64,000 bases of DNA, from positions 66,676-130,675 of the forward strand of contig JAWLBL010000010.1 of assembly GCA_041687695.1 (NCBI GenBank). The letters are read 5' to 3'. Positions 29,175 through 39,069 of the stretch are shown here, piece after piece (within the stretch, counting starts at the first letter, position 1; each line of letters starts with the position of its first letter). This DNA is from Myxococcota bacterium. Lineage in GTDB: Bacteria; Myxococcota_A; UBA9042; PHBI01; JAWLBL01. The notes under the pieces are model-generated. The model was not told the DNA's origin. It worked only from the letters and a program-made list of their open reading frames with translations, and did not search any database. The position numbers and the translations under genes are program-made.

Positions 29175-31682
29175 GTGCAGGATCTCCCCGTCGCCGCCGT
29201 CCTCGATCCGCTGGTCGCCGCGCTCCGCGACCGGCGCCGCGTCGTGCTGAAGGCGCCGCCAGGCTCGGGCAAGACCACCCTGGTCCCCATCGCGCTGCAC
29301 CGCGCCGGCTTCACCGCCGCCGGCGAGCTCGTCCTGCTGCAGCCGCGCCGGGTCGCCGCGCGCACGGTCGCCGCGCATCTGGCCCGCCGCCTGGGCGAGC
29401 CGGTCGGCCGCACGGTGGGTTATCAGGTGCGCCTGGACACCCGGGCCAGCCGGGACACGCGCATCCGCGTGGTCACCGAGGGCATCCTGACCGCGCGCCT
29501 GCAGGGCGACCCCGAGCTGTCGGGCGTGCAGGTGGTCGTGCTGGACGAGTTCCACGAGCGCAGCCTGCACGCCGACCTGGCGCTGGCCTTCGTCAAGGAG
29601 GTCCAGGACGCCCTCCGCGACGACCTGGCGCTGGTCGTCATGTCCGCCACGCTCGACCCCGGCCCCATCGCGCGCTACCTGGACGACTGCCCGGTCATCG
29701 AGACGGCGGGGCGGCAGCACCCGGTCGAGGTGGTCTACCTGGACCGCCCCGACGAGCGGCCGCTACCCCAGCGCGTGGCCGGCGGGGTGCGCCGCGTCAT
29801 CGACGAGGGGCGCTCGAACGGAGACGTCCTGGCCTTCTTGCCGGGCGTGCGCGACATCGAGGCGACCGCCGGCCTGCTGCAGGGCGCCCTGGGCCACCGC
29901 GGCTGGGAGCTGGCCCGCCTGCACGGCCGGCTGCCGCCCGAGGCGCAGGACCAGGCGCTGCGACCGACCGGCCGCCCGCGGGTCATCCTGTCGACCAACC
30001 TGGCCGAGACCTCGCTGACCATCGAAGGCGTCGCGGCCGTCGTCGACTCGGGCTGGGCCAAGACGATGCGCCACGACCCGGGGCTGGGCCTCGATCGGCT
30101 CGAGCCCACGCGCATCTCGCTCGCCTCGGCCGACCAGCGCGCCGGCCGCGCGGGCCGCCTGGGCCCCGGCTTCGCGCTGCGGCTGTGGACCGAGCACGAG
30201 CACCGCTCGCTGCAGCCCTTCGATCTCCCGGAGATCCGCCGGGTCGACCTGGCGCAGACGCTGCTCGAGATCCGCGGCTGGGGCGTGAACGACGCCAGCC
30301 GCTTCCCGTTCTACGAGGCGCCCGACCCGTCGGCGGTCGAGCGCGCCGAGGCGCTGCTGGCGCTGCTGGGGCTGACCGAGGGGCCGGGCGCGCCGCTGAC
30401 CGAGCTGGGCCGCCGCGCGCTGCGCATCCCGGCGCACCCGCGGGTCGGTCGCACGCTGCTGGCGGCGGCGGACCACGGCTGGACCCGCGAGGGCGCGCTG
30501 CTGGCGGCGCTGGCCCAGGAGCCGGACGTCGGCGCGGCGCGCGGCGGCGAGCCGCTGCGGGTGGGGGCCTCGGATCTACTCGCGCGCCGCGAGCGCCTGC
30601 GCCGCGACCCGTCGACCCGCGGCGGCGACCACGTCCGGCGCCTGGCCGAGCAGCTGGCGGACGCGGTGGCCAGGGTCGCCCGACCGCCGGCCAGGACGAC
30701 GCCGCCCAGCGAGGACGACCTGTGCGAGCTGCTCCTTTCGGGCTGGCCCGACCGGGTCGCCCGCCGCCGCGGACCGGGCAGCGACGCGCTGGTGATGGTC
30801 GGCGGGCGCGGCCTCGTGCAGGCCCGCGAGAGCTGCGTCAAGGACGACGCGTTCCTCATCGCGCTCGAGGTGGACGCCGGACGGCGGGGCGCCTTCGCGC
30901 GCAGCCTGGTCCGCGCGGCCTCGCGGGTCGACGTGGCCTGGCTCGAGGCGCACCCGGTGACGCGCACCGAGGAGACGCTGCAGTGGGACGCCGGGCGCGA
31001 GCGGGTCGTGGCGACCCGCGCCCGACGCTACATGGATCTGGTGCTGGACGAGGCGCAGGTGCCTATAGGCGACCGCGAGGCGGCCTCGCAGCGGCTCCTC
31101 GAGGCGGCGTCGGCCGACCCGCGCCGGGCGCTGGCGCCGTCCGAGGCGGTCTGGAACCTGCTGCGGCGCGTCACGTCGGCGGCGCGCTGGGCGCCCGAGG
31201 CGGGCCTGCCGAGCGACGCCGACGCCCTGCTGCGCGCCGTCCTGCCGGCCTTGGTCCTCGGCCGCGCCTCCTTCGCCGAGCTGCGCGCGGCCGGACTGCA
31301 GGACGCGCTGCTGGCCGAGCTGGGCTGGGAGGGCCGAAAGCGCGTCGAGGCCCTGGCGCCCGCCGAGATCCCGGTCCCCAGCGGCCGCACGGCGCGCCTC
31401 GCGTATCAGGACGAGGGCCCGCCGGTGCTGTCCATCAAGGTCCAGGAGCTGTTCGGCCTGGCCGAGACGCCGACCGTCGGCGGTGGCCGCCAGCCGGTCG
31501 TGCTGCATCTGCTCAACCCTGCGGGCCGCCCGCTGCAGGTCACCAGCGATCTCGCCAGCTTCTGGAGCCGCACCTGGCCCGAGGTCCGCAAAGAGATGCG
31601 CTCGCGCTACCCCAAGCACCACTGGCCCGAAGACCCGTGGTCGGCCCAGGCCAGCCAGCGCTCGCTCAAGCCGCGGGGCTGA
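29175..31682 (+). CDS. hrpB: ATP-dependent helicase HrpB
   Basis: 'APPGSGKTT', 'DEFHERS', 'MSAT', 'TNLAETSLTIEG', 'QRAGRAGR', C-terminal 'RYPKHHWPEDP'. Confidence 0.96.
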   Translation: MQDLPVAAVLDPLVAALRDRRRVVLKAPPGSGKTTLVPIALHRAGFTAAGELVLLQPRRVAARTVAAHLARRLGEPVGRTVGYQVRLDTRASRDTRIRVVTEGILTARLQGDPELSGVQVVVLDEFHERSLHADLALAFVKEVQDALRDDLALVVMSATLDPGPIARYLDDCPVIETAGRQHPVEVVYLDRPDERPLPQRVAGGVRRVIDEGRSNGDVLAFLPGVRDIEATAGLLQGALGHRGWELARLHGRLPPEAQDQALRPTGRPRVILSTNLAETSLTIEGVAAVVDSGWAKTMRHDPGLGLDRLEPTRISLASADQRAGRAGRLGPGFALRLWTEHEHRSLQPFDLPEIRRVDLAQTLLEIRGWGVNDASRFPFYEAPDPSAVERAEALLALLGLTEGPGAPLTELGRRALRIPAHPRVGRTLLAAADHGWTREGALLAALAQEPDVGAARGGEPLRVGASDLLARRERLRRDPSTRGGDHVRRLAEQLADAVARVARPPARTTPPSEDDLCELLLSGWPDRVARRRGPGSDALVMVGGRGLVQARESCVKDDAFLIALEVDAGRRGAFARSLVRAASRVDVAWLEAHPVTRTEETLQWDAGRERVVATRARRYMDLVLDEAQVPIGDREAASQRLLEAASADPRRALAPSEAVWNLLRRVTSAARWAPEAGLPSDADALLRAVLPALVLGRASFAELRAAGLQDALLAELGWEGRKRVEALAPAEIPVPSGRTARLAYQDEGPPVLSIKVQELFGLAETPTVGGGRQPVVLHLLNPAGRPLQVTSDLASFWSRTWPEVRKEMRSRYPKHHWPEDPWSAQASQRSLKPRG

Positions 31683-31810
31683 CCCGGCGCGGCCACGGCC
31701 GTAGACCTTCGGCAACCGAGCGGCTCGCAATGTGGATGCTCGCGGCGCGGGCTTGCTCGTTATCCAAGGGCTCGGTTGCACGAACTCGCATCACGGGCCG
31801 GCTACCCTGA

Positions 31811-31914
31811 CCGTGTCCATGTCCATGTCCGTGTCCGTGTCCGTGGCCGTGGCCGTTGGCCGTGACCGTGGCCGTGGCCGTGACCGTGTCGGTGGCCGTT
31901 GGCCGTGACCGTGG
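31811..31914. repeat. Degenerate hexamer microsatellite (CCGTGN), about 17 units
   Basis: ccgtgt ccatgt ccatgt ccgtgt ccgtgt ccgtgg ... read directly. Confidence 0.9.
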
Positions 31915-32110
31915 CGGTCACTGGGAAGCTGAGTCCGGACTGCACGAGCTTGCTCGTGCTCGTGGGTCGCGCAGCTCGCTGCGCGACGGGTTGGGTGCTG
32001 AGGCGGGTAGGGCACAGGCCTCGTCGCAGAGGGAGCCATCCATCGCGTCAGAGGATGCAGGAGGGTCGCAGGGGTGGGGCCGCATCCACTGACACGAAAG
32101 GATGGCCCCC

Positions 32111-32471
32111 ATGCAGAACGAAGGTGTGGTTCGGAACGGCAGCTCCCTCCAGGCTGAATCGCTGGCGATCGAGGCGGCGGCGGCAGTCGTGACCTTGACG
32201 CGCGGCGTGAGTCCGCAATTGCGGTGCATCGCCGAGCAGGCGGTGCGGGCCGTCGCGAGCGTTCCGTTGAACCTGGCTGAGGGCGCCGGCCGGGGGGCGT
32301 GACCGGGTCCAGCACTACAGGATCGCCTACGGCTCGTGCCGCGAGGCGTCCGCCGCGATGCGGCTGCTCGTCGCGACGGGCGCGGTGCCGAAGACGCGCG
32401 GGGATGAAGCGCTGGCGCTGCTCGACCGCGTGCAGGCGATGACGTGGCGTCTGATCCACCCGAAGCGGTGA
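32111..32471 (+). pseudogene. Four-helix-bundle protein (23S rRNA IVP / bAvd-like), frameshifted at a G6 run
   Basis: First frame 'AEQAVRAVASVPLNLAEGAGR'; after the G run at 32292-32297 a second frame continues 'RDRVQHYRIAYGSCREA...LLDRVQAMTWRLIHPKR*'. Confidence 0.8.
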
Positions 32472-32721
32472 GAGCCTCGCGGCTTCGGCATCTCTGGCGA
32501 GTCCCCGAGGTGCCTGGTAGCCAAGACGGCGCCCCTGCGGCGGGCTTGGCGGCCGCCTCCCGGCCTCATCACCCACGTCGCACATACGGAATCGGCGGAC
32601 TCGGGAACGGTCTACCACCATCCCGGACCGATCCGATCTGCCCGCGGCCGCGACGCACTTGCCCCGACCGCGTCGATGTCCTATGTCCCGCGGACCCGAA
32701 AACGATGGCCCCGAGGCGAAG

Positions 32722-33165
32722 ATGGCGACGCTCCGCGACAAGCTCTTGAACGAAGAGGTCCGGCCCAAGCTGGTCGACGACTGCTGCCAGCTGCTCGACC
32801 GCGAGGTGGCGGGCAAGAAGGGCATCAGCGGCCTGGCGGTCAAGGGCGCCTACGCCACCGTCAAGGCGATCAAGCCCGGCTTCGTCCGTGGCGTCGTCGA
32901 CTTCCTGCTCGACGAGTGGGTCGACAAGCTCGAGGCCTACTACGTGCGCTACCACGAGGACGGCGCGGCGGGCAGCTTCGGCCTGTACTGCGGGACCCAC
33001 CGCGGCGCGGTCGCCGAGAGCCTGCTCGAGGTCACCGACGCCCGCGCCCGCTCGACCAAGCACGCGACCGCGGCGAAGCTGTACGGCAAGCTGCGCCCCA
33101 ACGCGAAGACCCAGGTCGAGGAGGCGGTCCCCAACCTGGGCGCGGTCGTCGATCGCTACTTGTGA
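32722..33165 (+). CDS. Conserved helical hypothetical protein (DUF6918-like)
   Basis: 'EVAGKKGISGLAVKGAYATVKAIKPGF...LLEVTDARA...LYGKLRP.AK..VEEAVP'. Confidence 0.7.
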   Translation: MATLRDKLLNEEVRPKLVDDCCQLLDREVAGKKGISGLAVKGAYATVKAIKPGFVRGVVDFLLDEWVDKLEAYYVRYHEDGAAGSFGLYCGTHRGAVAESLLEVTDARARSTKHATAAKLYGKLRPNAKTQVEEAVPNLGAVVDRYL

Positions 33166-33168
33166 CGC

Positions 33169-35295
33169 TCACTCGGCGTCGGGCGCTCGGCTCGCCACGA
33201 GCAGGCGCCCGGCCGCCCGGCTGACCATCGGCTCGCGGCTCACCGCCGCCTCGGTCAGCAGCGCGATGGCGTCCGCCGTGCCCATGCGCTCGCACGCCTT
33301 CAGGATGGCCAGCTTGGCCGACCCCGTCGCCAGGTCGAAGCCGGCCCGGAAGACGTCGACCGCCTCGCCCGCCCGCAGCAGCCCCAGCGCCTCGATGGTG
33401 CGGACCGACCACGCCTCGGGGCGCTGCCCGCGCAGCTCGGCCAGCAGCTGCGGGGTCAGCCGCGCGTCGCCCAGCCGCGCCCGCGCGACCAGGGCGGCCG
33501 TGACCAGCCGGCGGTCCTCGCCGACCAGCGCGCGCTCCAGGAAGTCCAGCGCCGCCGGATGGTTCAGGTGCCCCAGGGTCTCGACGACACGCAGCCGCAG
33601 CCGCAGGCTGGGGGCGCGCTCGTAGGCCGCGACGACCAGGGGCGCGGTGGTGGCGTCACCCGCCCGGCGCACGACGTCCAGCAGCGCCTCGCGCAGCGTG
33701 TCGTGCGAGCGCGCCGGGGGCAGGTCGAGGAGCCGCGCCGCCGCGAGGCGCGCGACACGGGGGGCGATGAGGGCCAGGGCCTCGGTCGCCGCGTAGGTGT
33801 CGCCCGGCGCGCGGGCCAACCCGTCGAGCAGGGCGGCCGCGCCCGCGTTGTCGCGACGGGTCAGCGCGAACGCCGCGTCCTCGTACCAGGCGCCGCGCGG
33901 CGTGCGCAGCACCGAGGCCACCAGCAGGTCGCGCCAGCGCGGGTCGGCGTGGTCGCCCATCGCGCGGAACAGGGCCCGCGCCGCGATGGGGTCCTCGGCG
34001 TCCAGGACGCTCCGGACGTGCGGCACGGCGGCCTGGCCGTGGCTCAGCAGCGCCGTGACCGCGGCCTCGCGGGTCGGCGCGTCCACGCTGCGCGCGATGT
34101 GCGCCAGGCGCGCGGTCGCCTCGGGCGCCGTCGCCCGCGCCAGCCCGTCGAGCGCCGTCAGCCGGGTCGCCTGGTCGGCGCGCTCGGTCAGCGCGATGAG
34201 CGCCTCGAGCGCCCGCGGGTCGGCCGCGTGCCCGCCCAGGGCCCGCGCCGCCGCGAGCCGCGCTTCCACCGTTCCCAGCGCCGCCAGCCGCAGGGCCGCC
34301 TTCAGCCCGGCCTCGCCGGCCGCCGCGCCCAGACAGGGCGCGCCCAGCGCGGCGCTGCCCGGGGCCGCCGCCTCCAGCAGCCGCAGGGCCGCCGCCGGCG
34401 AGGGCGTGGTCCGGCAGAGCTGGGCGGTGGCCCGGACGGCATGCTCCGGCGGAGCCTGTCGCGCGGCCTCGGCCAGCGCCGGCGCCAGGGCGTCGTTGGT
34501 CGCCCGCGCCTCCATCACGTCAAGCGCCAGCGACAGCCGCGCCGGGTCCTTCGCCAGCAGCTGGTCGCGCAGCACGACCGACCCGGTCGGCCCCTCGAAG
34601 CCCAGCAGGACGCCGAGCGCCGCGCGCGCCCGAGGACCGCTGTCCCTGGCCACCGCGTCCACCAGCGCGGGCACGGCCGGCGCCCCGTGGGATTGCAGCC
34701 GCCGCGCCGCCGCTTCGTGATTCGCCCCGGCCAGCGCCTCGACGTCCGCGTCGATCTCGCGGCGCAGCTCGGGCGCCGCCTGCAGGACGTCGTCGGGCTC
34801 GAAGACCTGGATCTCCGACAGGGCGACCCCTTGCCGGGCCGACCCGTGGATGGCCTCGACCGTCAGCGTCAGCGCGCTCGCCCGCGCCAGCCGGCCGAGC
34901 GGCACGTCCTGGGCGACCCGCCGGTCCTCCAGCGCGAAGCTGGCCTCGCCGCCGTCCCAGGTGACGCGCACGCGCGCCGGGCGGGCGTGCTGCTTGAACG
35001 CTCCGTTGTCGGCCCCGTGCCCCGGCAGGACGCGCAGCGCCGTCACGTAGCGCGTCGTCGGAAAGCGCAGCGTCACCGAGGGGTTCGCCTCGCCGCGCGC
35101 CGAGATCCACGGCCGCCCGAGGCGCCCGTCGACCAGGGCGGCCGCCGGCGCGTCGGCGTCGCGCTCGCTCGAGGCGCTGGCGACGATCTCTCTGGGCTCG
35201 ACCGGACGCAGCTCGCCGGCCAGGGCCGGCCCCGCGGGCAGCGCGCCGGTCAGCAGGGCGGCGGTCAGCCAGCAGAAGGGTCCCTTGGTCGTCAT
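33169..35295 (-). CDS. Exported protein with discoidin-like (F5/8 type C) domain and HEAT repeats
   Basis: Signal peptide; 'ASASS...ALVDG...WIS...VALSEIQVF'; repeated 'RLAAARALG'-type helices. Confidence 0.75.
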   Translation of the reverse strand: MTTKGPFCWLTAALLTGALPAGPALAGELRPVEPREIVASASSERDADAPAAALVDGRLGRPWISARGEANPSVTLRFPTTRYVTALRVLPGHGADNGAFKQHARPARVRVTWDGGEASFALEDRRVAQDVPLGRLARASALTLTVEAIHGSARQGVALSEIQVFEPDDVLQAAPELRREIDADVEALAGANHEAAARRLQSHGAPAVPALVDAVARDSGPRARAALGVLLGFEGPTGSVVLRDQLLAKDPARLSLALDVMEARATNDALAPALAEAARQAPPEHAVRATAQLCRTTPSPAAALRLLEAAAPGSAALGAPCLGAAAGEAGLKAALRLAALGTVEARLAAARALGGHAADPRALEALIALTERADQATRLTALDGLARATAPEATARLAHIARSVDAPTREAAVTALLSHGQAAVPHVRSVLDAEDPIAARALFRAMGDHADPRWRDLLVASVLRTPRGAWYEDAAFALTRRDNAGAAALLDGLARAPGDTYAATEALALIAPRVARLAAARLLDLPPARSHDTLREALLDVVRRAGDATTAPLVVAAYERAPSLRLRLRVVETLGHLNHPAALDFLERALVGEDRRLVTAALVARARLGDARLTPQLLAELRGQRPEAWSVRTIEALGLLRAGEAVDVFRAGFDLATGSAKLAILKACERMGTADAIALLTEAAVSREPMVSRAAGRLLVASRAPDAE

Positions 35296-35414
35296 CGCGT
35301 TCGCCTCCGGTCTCGGTTTCGGAGGTCGACACAGCAACCGGCGTGCCAGCCGTCACGGCCCTTGATGACGCGCCCTCTCCGGGGCTGTGTCGCGGGACGT
35401 GACGCCTGGGTGTA

Positions 35415-36098
35415 TCAGTCCGGGACGTCGCCAGGCTTGGCGCCGTACCAGGTCGTGGCGGTGACCCGGTGGCGGTAGACGTTCGCCTGCTGGCAGCGGC
35501 TGCACACGGTCTGGCAGACCGACACGTCCCCCGCGGCGAACCGCTCGAGGCAGGGCGGACAGAAGGCGTCGGGGAAGTCGCCGTCGAGTCCGTAGACGAC
35601 GACCGCCTCGGCCGGCGGGGCGGCTGGGTCGGCCAGGTGCGCGCAGGTCAGGGCGGGCAGGCCCTCGCCGTGCACGTCGCAGGCCAGGTAGTCGGCCACG
35701 TCGTCCCGGGTGACGCCGAACTCGACCATGCAGCGGGCGCCGACGCGCTCGGCGAAGGTGCGGCGCAGCGGGACCGGCTCGGCCAGGGCGGCCAGCAGCG
35801 GGTCGCGCGTGCCGACGACGACCGCCGGCGCGCCGGGCCGGTCCTGCAGCTCGACGCGGGCCCCGGCGGTGCCGGCGAAGCCGGGCCAGTCGTGGAGCAG
35901 GCGCTGGTCGGCGTCGACCCACAGACCGAAGAGCATCGCGGGGCGCGCGGCGCCGATGGGCACCGGGCCTCGCACGGGTCGGGCGCCCTCGACCTCGGGC
36001 TTCGGCACGTTCCAGACCGCCTCGAAGCGGTCGGGCGGGAAGGTGTCGAGGCAGGCCGGGCAGTCACAGGTGAGGCGATGCTTGTGGACCTTGATCAT
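35415..36098 (-). CDS. Cys/His-rich hypothetical protein, probably zinc-binding
   Basis: 'CDCPAC', 'CDVHG', 'CAHL', 'CPPC', 'CSRC'. Confidence 0.6.
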   Translation of the reverse strand: MIKVHKHRLTCDCPACLDTFPPDRFEAVWNVPKPEVEGARPVRGPVPIGAARPAMLFGLWVDADQRLLHDWPGFAGTAGARVELQDRPGAPAVVVGTRDPLLAALAEPVPLRRTFAERVGARCMVEFGVTRDDVADYLACDVHGEGLPALTCAHLADPAAPPAEAVVVYGLDGDFPDAFCPPCLERFAAGDVSVCQTVCSRCQQANVYRHRVTATTWYGAKPGDVPD

Positions 36099-36228
36099 GC
36101 GGCGGCTGTATACGCACCGATGGCCGCGAGGTCCATCGCTGCGCGCGCCGCCGGGGCGCCGCGCCGGCGCGCGTGGGGCACGCAACGTCGCCTGCGGCCG
36201 AGGACGCACGCGCCGCGAGGATGGCCCG

Positions 36229-37167
36229 ATGATCGTCGAGCACGAACGCTCCTGGATCCGCCTCATCTTCAGCTTCAAGGGCAGCATCCTGCTGAAGATC
36301 TGGCGCCGCCTGACGGTGCTCACCCTGGTCGGCCTCGCCGTGGCGGTGGCCTGGGAGACGGGCGTGCTGGGCGGCCACACCCTGACGCCGACGCCGTTCA
36401 CCCTGGTGGGCTTCGCGCTCAGCGTGTTCCTGGGCTTTCGCAACAGCGCGGCCTACGACCGGTTCTGGGAGGGGCGCAAGCTCTGGGGGCAGCTGGTCAA
36501 CACGTCGCGCACCCTGACGCGGCAGGTGACCACGCTGGTGGCGGCGCCCGACGAGGCCGACCGCGAGGACGTGCGGACCTTCCAGCGCGCGTTCGTGCTG
36601 CGGGTGGCCGCCTTTGCCCACGCGCTGCGCAAGCACCTGCGGGACCGCCGCGACCTCTCGGGGCTCTCGGGGCTGCTGCCCGAGGCCGAGACCGCCGCGC
36701 TCGCGCGCGAGGTGAACCCGCCCGCCGCCATCTTGCAGACGCTCGGCGAGCAGCTCGCGCTCGCGGCGCGTCGCGGCTGGGTCGATCGCTACTACGTGGC
36801 CAACATCGACCGCGAGCTGACCGCGCTGGCCGAGATCCAGGGCGGCTGTGAGCGCATCCGGTCGACGCCCATCCCGCACGCCTACAAGGTGCTGATGCAC
36901 CGGACGGTCGCGGCCTACTGCTTCGCGCTGCCCTTCGGCATCGTCGACCAGACCGCGCGCATGACGCCGCTGGTCGTGCTGCTCGTGTCCTACGCGTTCC
37001 TGGGGCTCGACGGCATCGGCGACGAGCTCGAGGAGCCGTTCGGGCTCGAGCGCAACGACCTGCCGCTCGACGCGCTGACGCGCATGATCGAGGTCAACCT
37101 GAGGCAGAGGCTGGGGGACGAGGCGCTGCCGCCGTTGCTCGGGCCGGTCGACAAGGTCTTGACCTGA
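36229..37167 (+). CDS. Bestrophin-family (YneE-like) anion channel
   Basis: 'LGFRNSAAYDRFWEGRKLWG', 'CERIRSTPIP', 'ELEEPFG...NDLPL'. Confidence 0.92.
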   Translation: MIVEHERSWIRLIFSFKGSILLKIWRRLTVLTLVGLAVAVAWETGVLGGHTLTPTPFTLVGFALSVFLGFRNSAAYDRFWEGRKLWGQLVNTSRTLTRQVTTLVAAPDEADREDVRTFQRAFVLRVAAFAHALRKHLRDRRDLSGLSGLLPEAETAALAREVNPPAAILQTLGEQLALAARRGWVDRYYVANIDRELTALAEIQGGCERIRSTPIPHAYKVLMHRTVAAYCFALPFGIVDQTARMTPLVVLLVSYAFLGLDGIGDELEEPFGLERNDLPLDALTRMIEVNLRQRLGDEALPPLLGPVDKVLT

Positions 37168-37206
37168 GCCGGGGGGCGGTGGGGCGCTGATGGGGCTCGG
37201 GGAGGA

Positions 37207-37758
37207 TCAGTTGATTTGGGTGCCGCAGTCCACGAGGTGGACTGGGTTGACGCCGACGACGCTCATCGCCTCGCGCCACATCTCGGCGGGCGGGGTCTCG
37301 AAGAGCAGCTCGGGGTCGAGCGGCGCGGTGAGCCACGCGCCGCTGGCGATCTCGCGATCGAGCTGCTGCGGGCCCCAGCCGGCGTAGCCGAGCAGCAGGC
37401 GGAAGCGCCCGCTGGGGTGGCGGCCGTACGCCTCGAGGCCGTCCTGGCTCGTCGTGAGGGCGAGGCCCGCGCCGACGCGCTGGCTGCCCGCGAAGAGCTG
37501 CCCGTCGTCGTGCAGCAGCCAGCCGCGCTGGCGCTCGACCGGGCCGCCGGAGAACACCTTGGCCTGAGGTTCGCCCTCCCAGGGGATGCCCGCCTCCGAG
37601 CAGATCGCCGACACGGGGATCTCGAGCGGCTGATTGACGACCAGACCGAAGGCGCCCTCGGAGGAGTGGGCGCACAGGAGCACGACCGAACGGAAGAAGT
37701 TTGGGTCGAGCAGGCTCGGCATGGCGATGAGGAGACCTGGTGCTACGGAGAAGCTCAT
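37207..37758 (-). CDS. YqgE/AlgH family protein
   Basis: '[23 protein letters not shown]', 'GGPV', '[17 protein letters not shown]'. Confidence 0.93.
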   Translation of the reverse strand: MSFSVAPGLLIAMPSLLDPNFFRSVVLLCAHSSEGAFGLVVNQPLEIPVSAICSEAGIPWEGEPQAKVFSGGPVERQRGWLLHDDGQLFAGSQRVGAGLALTTSQDGLEAYGRHPSGRFRLLLGYAGWGPQQLDREIASGAWLTAPLDPELLFETPPAEMWREAMSVVGVNPVHLVDCGTQIN

Positions 37759-37833
37759 GGTTTGAAGTATGGGAACCCGGGTGATCGGAGCAAGCAAGCG
37801 CTGGGCCGAGGCGCCGCGTGCAGGGACGAGGTC

Positions 37834-39066
37834 ATGGACATCGTGAATCGACGAGCGACGCCGCCCCCGTCGGGCGGCGCGAGGGCCGGCCGGCGGGCAC
37901 GACGGCGGCCGCGGTGGACCTGGTTCGGGGTCGCGGCCGTGCTGTGCGGGTTCGGAGTGGCGGCTTGCGCCGGGCCGTCAGCGCTGCAGCAGCTGCGGGC
38001 GGAGGCCCAGGCCGACGCCGAGCGCCTTGGGCCGCGGGCGGCGGTCGCGCGCGGGCTCGCCCGGGCGGGGGCGGCCGCCGCGAGGGGCGATCAGCGAGGA
38101 CGAGCGCATCATCTGGTGGCCATCCTACCACTGGCCACCGGCCTGGCCGACGACCGGGGCGTTCGTGACGCCCTCGCCGACGTGGACCCAACGTTCGCGC
38201 CGCCTTCGCTGGCCGACGCGGTGAGCGTCGAGCGCGCCCTGGAGGCCCTGGGCGCCGGCCGCATGGACGAGGTGCGCCGGGCGACCGCGCCGCTGACCGC
38301 GCGACCCGGCTGGCTCGGGGCCCGCGCGCAGACCCTGGTGGCGCTCGCCTCGCTCGACGTCGACCCCGACCGGGCGCGCGCCCACCTGACGGAGCTCACG
38401 CGGCGACCGCTGGACACGATGCCGGGCCCGGTCGGGCGCGAGCTGCGCAACTTCGCCCGGCTGACGCTGGCCAGCCACCACTACGACGCGGGTCGCTACG
38501 GCGAGGCGCTGCGAGGCTTCCTGCAGGTCGAGGAGGCCAGCGGCCACTGGCCGGCCGCCCGCTTCGGGCTGGCCTGGTCCCAGCTGAAGCTGGGGCGCCC
38601 CGAGCGGACCCTGGCCATCCTGGCCCTGATGCCGGGCGGCGTGGCCGGCGAGCCCGAGCGCGGCCTGTTGGCGGCGGTGGCGACCCACCGGCTCGGCGAC
38701 GCCGGGGTCGCGCGGGACATCGTGGACGCGGCGCTCGATCGGCCGGACCGCTGGGACCCAGGCCGGGTGAGCGCGGCCGCGGTGCTCGAGCGCCTCGCGG
38801 CGGGCGCGACCCGGCCGTCCGCGTGGACGCTCGTCGAGATCGTCGCCGGGCGGTCGCAGGTGCTGACGCTGGGCCGCGAGCTGCTCGAGACGCGGGCCGA
38901 CCGCGCGCGCAGCGACCTGCCCGAGCTGGCCGACTACGAGGCCGCGTTGACGCGACGCTTCGAAGCGGTGGTCGCCGCCGAAGCCGACCTGGAGGCCGCG
39001 CGCGCCGCGGCCGCGATCGAGCAGCTGAGGGTCCTGCGACCGCAGCTGACCGACCGGCGGCCCTGA
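37834..39066 (+). CDS. TPR-containing lipoprotein
   Basis: Lipobox-like 'GVAAC'; TPR-like helices 'YDAGRYGEAL...ARFGLAWSQLKLG'. Confidence 0.65.
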   Translation: MDIVNRRATPPPSGGARAGRRARRRPRWTWFGVAAVLCGFGVAACAGPSALQQLRAEAQADAERLGPRAAVARGLARAGAAAARGDQRGRAHHLVAILPLATGLADDRGVRDALADVDPTFAPPSLADAVSVERALEALGAGRMDEVRRATAPLTARPGWLGARAQTLVALASLDVDPDRARAHLTELTRRPLDTMPGPVGRELRNFARLTLASHHYDAGRYGEALRGFLQVEEASGHWPAARFGLAWSQLKLGRPERTLAILALMPGGVAGEPERGLLAAVATHRLGDAGVARDIVDAALDRPDRWDPGRVSAAAVLERLAAGATRPSAWTLVEIVAGRSQVLTLGRELLETRADRARSDLPELADYEAALTRRFEAVVAAEADLEAARAAAAIEQLRVLRPQLTDRRP

Positions 39067-39069
39067 CGG

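Noticed and set aside
31811..31914. Hexamer repeat ORFs (VAVTV / TATAT peptides) as real proteins
   Set aside because: Low-complexity translations of a microsatellite with no ribosome-binding site; 7-bp units break the frame
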